Shown piece after piece: positions 57,947-64,000 of a DNA stretch of 64,000 nucleotides. Position 1 is the stretch's first letter. Every line of letters begins with the position of its first letter. Source of the DNA: a virus (taxonomy: Duplodnaviria; Caudoviricetes); the IMG/VR virus record IMGVR_UViG_3300047160_004532, positions 3,416-67,415 of that record. One strand, written 5' to 3'. Under the pieces are notes generated by a model. The model saw nothing but the letters and a program-made list of their open reading frames with translations, was not told the origin of the DNA and ran no database searches. The position numbers and the translations under genes were made by a program.

Positions 57947-58215
57947 TAGTCCAGACCAATCGCGGCATCAAACTCTACGGCTACGAGTCCTGCCGTCCGA
58001 GCGAGTGGCCGCATTATCTGCGCGTCCGCTCTGTTGCGCTCTACCGTCAGGGTCGCGTCTTCACCGGCGCGTGGGTTCCGAACACACGGCGGTCGCGGAA
58101 GATCCTGCGCGCTTTGGCGCGAGACTCTCTCGGCAACTACTTCGCCGCTGAGGCATTCTTCGACGCCGGTGAGGCGTTCTTCGACCTCGGTCGGCTGCGG
58201 AGGCTCCGCCCCTGA
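57943..58215 (+). CDS. Hypothetical protein
   Basis: TTGA overlap upstream, CTGA overlap downstream. Confidence 0.55.
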   Translation: MIVQTNRGIKLYGYESCRPSEWPHYLRVRSVALYRQGRVFTGAWVPNTRRSRKILRALARDSLGNYFAAEAFFDAGEAFFDLGRLRRLRP

Positions 58216-58949
58216 TCCCAGCGTCTGCGGTTGCCCGAGTCCTCGAAGCCACCGACCTCCTGGCTCTCGCACACCAGTACGTCAAGCTGCGCCGGTCCGG
58301 CAAGGAATGGTTCGGACTGTGCCCCCACCATACCGAGCGAACGCCCAGCTTCTCCGTGAATCCCGCGAAGCAGATGTTCTACTGCCGCGGCTGCCAGTGG
58401 GGAGGGAATGCGATAACTTTCGTGATGGCGGTCGAACGGGTTAAATTCCCCGAGGCCGTCCGCATCCTCGCCGATCGCGCCGGCATCCCGCTCGAGGAAA
58501 GCCCTCGACAGCGGTCGGCAGACGATAGTTTCCTCTCCCAGGTGGTCGCCGAGGCGCGGCAGTTCTGGGAGGGTGCCAGGGATCGGTATAACGAACGTCA
58601 ATCGCATTGGCTGGAATGCCGAGCTGCGGCAGGCCGAGAGCTGCGATCGCGGTCGGATGACACCCCGGAATGGTGGTACGTCCTTGGCCTTTACAGGCGA
58701 TACGCGCGATCGGCCGCCCGGTGGGACCGGATCATCCGCCGGCATGACGGCAGCGGCAAGAGCGAGCTTGTGGCGCGATACGCGGGCTACAGGGGCAGGC
58801 ACCCCGGAATCGTCGAGAGGTTGAGGCAGGAACGGGAGCTGATTGCTGGCTGCGAGGACGTGGAGAACGCGGCGCTTCAGGCAGTAGGGGAACTGGAACC
58901 GGGGATCTTGTGTCGGCTCCTCGACCACTTGGCTACGACGATTCGATAA
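58212..58949 (+). CDS. DnaG-type CHC2 zinc-finger protein without TOPRIM domain (probable CTG start)
   Basis: Frame upstream of ORF-track start reads DLLALAHQYVKLRRSGKEWFGLCPHHTERTPSFSVN...FYCRGC. Confidence 0.85.
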   Translation: MIPASAVARVLEATDLLALAHQYVKLRRSGKEWFGLCPHHTERTPSFSVNPAKQMFYCRGCQWGGNAITFVMAVERVKFPEAVRILADRAGIPLEESPRQRSADDSFLSQVVAEARQFWEGARDRYNERQSHWLECRAAAGRELRSRSDDTPEWWYVLGLYRRYARSAARWDRIIRRHDGSGKSELVARYAGYRGRHPGIVERLRQERELIAGCEDVENAALQAVGELEPGILCRLLDHLATTIR

Positions 58950-58988
58950 TCCTCGGGTTGGGCGCGTCCGACGTAAACTTCACTTCGA

Positions 58989-59366
58989 TTATCTCTTGAC
59001 CCTCAGCGGTGGATGTCGTTTCGCACCGTGTTCTGAGGACACTGTCAGTATGAGGTAAAACATGCCTATCTGTACCCCTGAATATTCAACTATTTCAACT
59101 AAGCTTGTAATCGGCTGGTAAGTAGAGTTGAGAAAGTTCCTCGCTTCATCCTTGCCATAGTACTTAGAGAGCAAATCGGCTGCTCTCTCATAAAGGGCTA
59201 CGGATCGGGAGTAAGCATGTCCCTTTTCACTTGATTCTGCCTCAACCATCATGAGGTGATAGGCTGCTTCTCTCACAAGGCACCTGAGATCATGGTCTAA
59301 GGTGATCTCAAACTCTATTTTAGAAACCTCGAATTTACTGCCATCTTGCAGACGATATAGATTCAT
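58989..59366 (-). CDS. AT-rich moron protein
   Basis: GGAGG RBS before ATG 59366; composition shift. Confidence 0.55.
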   Translation of the reverse strand: MNLYRLQDGSKFEVSKIEFEITLDHDLRCLVREAAYHLMMVEAESSEKGHAYSRSVALYERAADLLSKYYGKDEARNFLNSTYQPITSLVEIVEYSGVQIGMFYLILTVSSEHGAKRHPPLRVKR

Positions 59367-59487
59367 TAGAACCTCCAACCAATGCAACCTCTCCTGATGC
59401 CAGATGCATCAGCACTCCCATAAGCGTAATGATTACAGGAGGGCTGCTGAGCCTAACAGCTGAGGATGGGAGAGCACTGAGCTAGCT

Positions 59488-59967
59488 CTACTGTAGAGCT
59501 ATCTTGGCCCACTCAAGAGCCAATCTAGTTTTAGGTCTGTCCTCACGATTAGCCCAGTGTCGCATGGCTTCATCGTAGGTAAAGTCACGGCAGCCGCACT
59601 GAATCCTCATCTCCCCCCCTTGAGTGATCCAAGCCGTGAAGATGCCCCACTCTGCAATACCTGACAGCTGCACCAATTTTTTAGGTTTGGAGCAGTCGCA
59701 GCAGTCTGAGCAGCCGGAGCAGCCGGAGCAGCCGGAGCAGTCTGAGCACCTGGAGCAACCGTAGCAGCCGGAGCAACCGTAGCAGCTGGAGCAGCTGGAG
59801 CAGTCTGAGCAGCTGGAGCAGCCGGAGCAGTCTGAGCACCTGGAGCAGCCGGAGCAGTTTTGGCAATCCTTACAATTAGCAAGTGTTGCTAACGCTGCTC
59901 TAGCTTTCTCCTCATCACGCCAATATTCTGTACTACATCTATTTCCGTTATCGTCAGTAATCCACAT
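59488..59967 (-). CDS. Cys-tripeptide repeat protein
   Basis: About 19 consecutive C-x-x units; GGAGG RBS. Confidence 0.8.
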   Translation of the reverse strand: MWITDDNGNRCSTEYWRDEEKARAALATLANCKDCQNCSGCSRCSDCSGCSSCSDCSSCSSCYGCSGCYGCSRCSDCSGCSGCSGCSDCCDCSKPKKLVQLSGIAEWGIFTAWITQGGEMRIQCGCRDFTYDEAMRHWANREDRPKTRLALEWAKIALQ

Positions 59968-60166
59968 AGAACCTCCAAAAGATCCACAAGCGCATGTCTC
60001 GGGATCTCTCTAGACGCTCTATACTGCACTAGCTGGCAGCATCATCTTGACAACGCTCGCTGGCAGCATCATTCGCCACACTTCAGGTAATGCTCTTGAT
60101 CTGAATACGCCAAGCTCATCAAGTATTGCAGCGCCTCCAATTGCTTTGGCGTCAGGACGATTGTCT

Positions 60167-60457
60167 TCAGTACCCCAGCCATCGCAGCACCTCCGGGTAG
60201 GTCCAGTCCGTCACGTCGACCCAGTGGCTCGCGTCACGCTGGAACACTGTGTCGTAAACCTCGTCCCACGCATACAGCCGATCGGCCGCCAACAACGTCG
60301 GCTTGCCATGCTCGCGCATAACATCGAGCTGCCACAGCGCCCATGCCTGCTGCGCCGGCATCCCATGCTCAATCGCATACCGCGCCAGTTTGTATGCTTG
60401 CTTCTCGAGCAGGAGGTTGGTCCGATAGGAGTGATAGACCATCTGCAAATGTCTCAT
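60167..60457 (-). CDS. Hypothetical protein
   Basis: ATGA-coupled ORF in leftward operon. Confidence 0.6.
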   Translation of the reverse strand: MRHLQMVYHSYRTNLLLEKQAYKLARYAIEHGMPAQQAWALWQLDVMREHGKPTLLAADRLYAWDEVYDTVFQRDASHWVDVTDWTYPEVLRWLGY

Positions 60458-60621
60458 TTCTTGCCCTCCATCAGCTCGCCGAGGTAATCCGTCGTCACGT
60501 CCTGCTTCGCCGCCAAATCATCGATCAGGACGTTCAGCTCCCTGATCTCCCACTGCTCGATCATTACGATGATGAGGAGCGCCAGAAGCGCTCCCGCCAC
60601 GACAGGGTGAAGGTTTCTCAT
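60454..60621 (-). CDS. 55-aa membrane protein (not in ORF track)
   Basis: MRNLHPVVAGALLALLIIVMIEQW; ATGA overlaps. Confidence 0.55.
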   Translation of the reverse strand: MRNLHPVVAGALLALLIIVMIEQWEIRELNVLIDDLAAKQDVTTDYLGELMEGKK

Positions 60622-60824
60622 CGGAGATTCTCCAGAATCCGACGCGGCAGAATGTATCGATCATAGTTCTCATTCCGCTTTTCGTCGTCTTTGGTCTGAT
60701 AGCCTTTGCCCTCGCAGCGAAAGCACTCGCCGCCAGGCCCTTTGGGAACTCCGTTCTCCACGCGGGTAACGAATTTGCCCGTTCCCCCGCAACGCCCACA
60801 GACGATGTTCGCCATGGCTACCAC
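60618..60824 (-). CDS. Small DnaJ-type zinc-finger protein
   Basis: CGRCGGTG...CFRCEGKG. Confidence 0.7.
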   Translation of the reverse strand: MVAMANIVCGRCGGTGKFVTRVENGVPKGPGGECFRCEGKGYQTKDDEKRNENYDRYILPRRILENLR

Positions 60825-61048
60825 CTCCCATTCATGCGCTCATACTCTCGCTCCATCCGCTCTTCGTAACCGCGATCCGAGCAAACGTAATCCTCGCCCT
60901 GATAGCCGTCAGGTCCAGCGTCGGACTTGCGGCTATGGCAGTTCAACCCGTACACGTCGCCGTTGCGATACCACTTCGCACGGCTGCCAATCGGTAACGC
61001 GGCGCCGCATTGCTTGCAGTGCGCCGCACGCTTCAACGTAATCGTCAT
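60818..61048 (-). CDS. Small zinc-binding protein
   Basis: CKQCG...NCH. Confidence 0.6.
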   Translation of the reverse strand: MTITLKRAAHCKQCGAALPIGSRAKWYRNGDVYGLNCHSRKSDAGPDGYQGEDYVCSDRGYEERMEREYERMNGRW

Positions 61049-61128
61049 TCGTCATTCTCCTGCCCATGGTTGGGCTTTCCGTAGATACGGAAGGATTCCC
61101 CCTGTCACGAGGAACCCTTCATCACCAC

Positions 61129-61287
61129 CTACGCGATTTGCCAGCCGCGCTCTGTCAGCCAAGCCACATCGCCGGCGTCCGTCAGTTTTAGACGAATGGC
61201 GCGAACCTCGGGCGCCCACAGAGGCCAGTGATCGGCTTCAATCATCAGGCGTAACTCCAAACGCAAACTTGACAACTTCTGACTCAT
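61129..61287 (-). CDS. 52-aa hypothetical protein (not in ORF track)
   Basis: MSQKLSSLRLELRLMIEADHWPLW; ATGA overlap. Confidence 0.45.
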   Translation of the reverse strand: MSQKLSSLRLELRLMIEADHWPLWAPEVRAIRLKLTDAGDVAWLTERGWQIA

Positions 61288-61466
61288 TCGAACATCTCCC
61301 TCTGTTCTTCGCTGCCGTCATCGAACAACGGCAGCGTCTTGATTGATCTGTGCGCCGTCAACGTCGTCAGCGGCGCTCTCCATTCGGCCGTCACTCTGTC
61401 GGCCTCGAGGCGAAGGCGGTACTGTTCCGCCTCCGCTTGCATATCATCCAGGTTGTCGAACATCAT
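61284..61466 (-). CDS. 60-aa hypothetical protein
   Basis: ATGA overlap with J-domain gene; LPLF..EQREMF tail. Confidence 0.55.
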   Translation of the reverse strand: MMFDNLDDMQAEAEQYRLRLEADRVTAEWRAPLTTLTAHRSIKTLPLFDDGSEEQREMFE

Positions 61467-61861
61467 CGGCGCCCCCGATACTTCCCTGTGATGCGCTCGA
61501 AGGCTTCCTGGATCTTGCGAAACGTCGCAGCATCCCCGCCGCGGTCCGGATGATGCTGCATGGCGAGGCGACGGTGAGCTTTCTTGACCTCGTCCATCGT
61601 CGCGTTCGGCGACAGCCCGAGCACGGCGTACCAGTCCGTGAACGGGTTCGACCACTCGCGGTTCTGCTGCTGGCGCTGCTGCCGCTCACGTTCGCGCTCA
61701 CGCTGTTGGCGCTCACGCTGTTCGCGTTCGTATTCTTCGCGGTATCGATCCCGGCGCCGCCGCGAGTCTTCGCTCTCCGCGCTACTGAAGTCGAACCCGC
61801 TCTGACCCCCGAAATCGAACCCAGCGCCAGTATTCTCGAAGCCGAACCCTGATTGGCTCAT
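61463..61861 (-). CDS. J-domain protein (C-terminal J domain)
   Basis: DWYAVLGLSPNATMDEVKKAHRRLAMQHHPDRGGD...IQEAFE. Confidence 0.92.
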   Translation of the reverse strand: MSQSGFGFENTGAGFDFGGQSGFDFSSAESEDSRRRRDRYREEYEREQRERQQRERERERQQRQQQNREWSNPFTDWYAVLGLSPNATMDEVKKAHRRLAMQHHPDRGGDAATFRKIQEAFERITGKYRGRR

Positions 61862-62481
61862 ACAAGTAGCAGCTCCATTTCGATCCCCATCAAGCCGGCG
61901 CGGACGTTGTTCTTGGCCTCAGCGAGGATCTTGTGCATCAGCGGCGCCGTCGCGCTAGTCGGCGCTTCGTTGAACCAGACTTCGTACAACATCTGACCCA
62001 ACTCTGCGGCATCGACGCACGCTTCGAACTGCACTTCCCTACACCGACTCTTGAACCGACCTTCCAGCTTCCCTGTGCCATTGCAGGTGAAGATGAAGAT
62101 CGTCTTCGCCGGAAAGTGTCCTGACCCATCGAGCACGCTCAATAGCGCATTCTGCGCCGCTGTCGACATCGTATCCGCTTCGTCGATGATCGCGACATGC
62201 CATTCACTCTTCCCAAACATCGGGATGAAGTTACAGGCATACACCAGGTCATTGACCGCTTCTTTGGTGCAAGCCGATGCCGGTATGTGATGCACCTCCG
62301 CTTGCAGTTCCGCGGCAAGCGCAAGCGCGAGCGAAGTTTTCCCCGTGCCCGAGTCGCCTACGAACAGCCACGCGCTCTCCCATGGCGACTTCGCCAACTT
62401 GCCCATGAACGCCTTAGCACGGCTCAACCCCACGAAGTCCTTGATCTTCCGTGGGCGGTACTTCTCCGTTAGACTTTGCAT
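61858..62481 (-). CDS. Clamp-loader-like AAA+ ATPase (RFC/DnaX/RarA-type)
   Basis: LTEKYRP....FVG, GDSGTGKT, IIDEAD, SRC. Confidence 0.9.
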   Translation of the reverse strand: MQSLTEKYRPRKIKDFVGLSRAKAFMGKLAKSPWESAWLFVGDSGTGKTSLALALAAELQAEVHHIPASACTKEAVNDLVYACNFIPMFGKSEWHVAIIDEADTMSTAAQNALLSVLDGSGHFPAKTIFIFTCNGTGKLEGRFKSRCREVQFEACVDAAELGQMLYEVWFNEAPTSATAPLMHKILAEAKNNVRAGLMGIEMELLLV

Positions 62482-63121
62482 TCGTTTCTCTCCTGCCGCT
62501 GGTAGCGGCTTCGTTTACCTCAGCGCATGACGCCTAACAGGCGCCATCCGTTGAAGGCTCTCGGATCTTTAACCGGTTTCCCGTCCCGAGAGCTTTCGAA
62601 TCCCGTTCCTACCTCTCCCGTGTGCCGCTTAGGGCAACCATACGACGCATCATTCCGGCGCCGCACATTCCCACGCTTCTCGCGCTTCTCACAACCCACG
62701 TTTCCGCAGTGCCTCCCCTCCGCAAGCATCATCGCCAGATTCAATCTCGGCTTCCCTATGCGCTCCACCCGTCCCTACGGTTTGCTGTCCCGCTTCCCCG
62801 GTACGCCACGCATCACTCCACCGCTAACCAGCTCGCCTACATCTATCGGCTATTCAGTTTTCGAAGATCTTGCCGTCCGCGCCTCTCAATCGCGTCTGAC
62901 ATGCTGAGCGTAACTCAGTTTTCCATAATCACCCTAAAATAGTCTGTAAGCCGCTGAAAACAAACAAAATTCTCCTATTGACGTGTTTTGGGATACTTTA
63001 CGGTTTTCGCTTTTGTTTCGCTTTAATTTTCGCCGTTTATTCGCCTGCTTTCAGGCTAACTTGTGTCTCTTCCGCGGCGCCATATTCCACGTGAAACACT
63101 CCACCGCGCTAAGATCGGCTT

Positions 63122-63754
63122 GTGATCGCATCTGACCTGAAGATCCGCTCCAAAATTGACGCTCTGCCAGACGCCCAACGCGCCGCAGTAATTGACGCCA
63201 TCCTCAAACGCACGCCACTACGCGTTATCGCCAAAATGGCAGGCGTTGACGCTATGTCTGTAGCACGTTACCGCGACAGAGTCGTTCTACCCGCTCTACA
63301 GCCGCGACGCGCAATGCCAAATCACGTTGATTCAGTAGCTTGCGATCTTACGAAAACTGCCGAGCTTGCAAATCAACCCGTTTCCGCAATGGCAAACCAG
63401 ATTGCAGGAACAAGTGTGGTCCGGGAGAGGATACACCACCTCTTCGGGGATATCGAGGAAACGATCAACCGTGCCAAGGCCGCGGTGCAGGTCGTAAGTG
63501 ATGGAAATGGGGAACTTGTACCTATTGGAGATGACCTGAAAGTCCTCGCCCCGCTGTTCGCCCAGGCCAACAAAAACATCGAGCTGTTGGCGAAGGTGAC
63601 AGGTGAGATCGTCAGGGCCGAACACCGACCCGCCCAGCTTACCGTTAACATCGTCATGCCGGCCGCTATGGGGACAAGGCATGTCGAGCGGCAGGATATT
63701 GCCGAGGATGTGGTGATCGACGTGTCATCTGCGGCTAAAATCGGCTCCAGATAG
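63122..63754 (+). CDS. terS: Probable terminase small subunit
   Basis: N-terminal SKIDALP plus HTH (Mu gp27/DUF3486-like), helical core, QLTVNIVMP tail; precedes TerL if the genome is circular. Confidence 0.6.
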   Translation: MIASDLKIRSKIDALPDAQRAAVIDAILKRTPLRVIAKMAGVDAMSVARYRDRVVLPALQPRRAMPNHVDSVACDLTKTAELANQPVSAMANQIAGTSVVRERIHHLFGDIEETINRAKAAVQVVSDGNGELVPIGDDLKVLAPLFAQANKNIELLAKVTGEIVRAEHRPAQLTVNIVMPAAMGTRHVERQDIAEDVVIDVSSAAKIGSR

Positions 63755-64000
63755 CGCAAATTCCACGTTATCGTTAAAGCTAGTGCAATGATTGGACTTA
63801 AGCTCGATTATCGTCTGCTAATTTTACATAAGAGCCATTATCGGAAGTAGATCCGACATGGCCTGATGTAGGCTAGACGTAGGCTGACGACCCCAAGGAG
63901 ATCCCTCGCCAGGCCCAGGGGTAGGAGTCCCTTCCAGCAGACCCCCACCCCCACCCCATCCCCTAAATCCCGACCTCCTCTAGTCGGTCGCGTAAAGTCA

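Larger units (their letters stand above)
1..64000. mobile_element. Tailed dsDNA phage genome (podovirus-like), near-complete, circularly permuted
   Basis: TerL, portal, scaffold, capsid, adaptor, nozzle, ejection proteins, lysozyme, holin and recombination/replication genes in phage order; no tape measure, sheath or host housekeeping genes seen. Confidence 0.95.

Noticed and set aside
59400-59485. Hammerhead ribozyme (CTGAGGA core)
   Set aside because: Required GAAA strand and cleavage-site geometry absent
62590-62620. TTCGAATCCC resembling a tRNA T-loop or att core
   Set aside because: No paired T-stem or cloverleaf could be built
1-64000. Genome-wide stop-codon reassignment
   Set aside because: TAG, TGA and TAA all end clear genes and standard-code ORFs tile the window

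Overview
The window is almost entirely one GC-rich dsDNA tailed phage genome with podovirus-like architecture, apparently circularly permuted: a probable small terminase lies at the right end (63122-63754) and the large terminase near the left end (2601-4715). Order: packaging/head (TerL, portal, scaffold, major capsid); a small divergent XRE switch; head-tail adaptor, virion fibres, lysozyme, tail nozzle and three ejection-type proteins; a 9.4 kb block of fibre-like genes that all start with signal peptides; holin; an early/replication arm (YqaJ nuclease, RecT-like protein, SMC-like ATPase, glycosyltransferase, papain-like peptidase, SF2 helicase, ASCH-like, VRR-NUC, lone CHC2 zinc finger); and a leftward arm with a J-domain protein and clamp-loader-like ATPase. 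No integrase, DNA polymerase, tRNA or CRISPR array was recognised. All family assignments are motif recognition by eye, not database searches. Strongest oddities: (1) the nozzle gene is split in two, each half carrying a complementary piece of one Ig-like domain in swapped order; (2) a circularly permuted histidine phosphatase domain inside the 1600-aa ejection protein; (3) five consecutive Cys-paired fibre-like proteins with signal peptides, suggesting export and periplasmic folding. An Acidobacteria-like host is a weak inference only.
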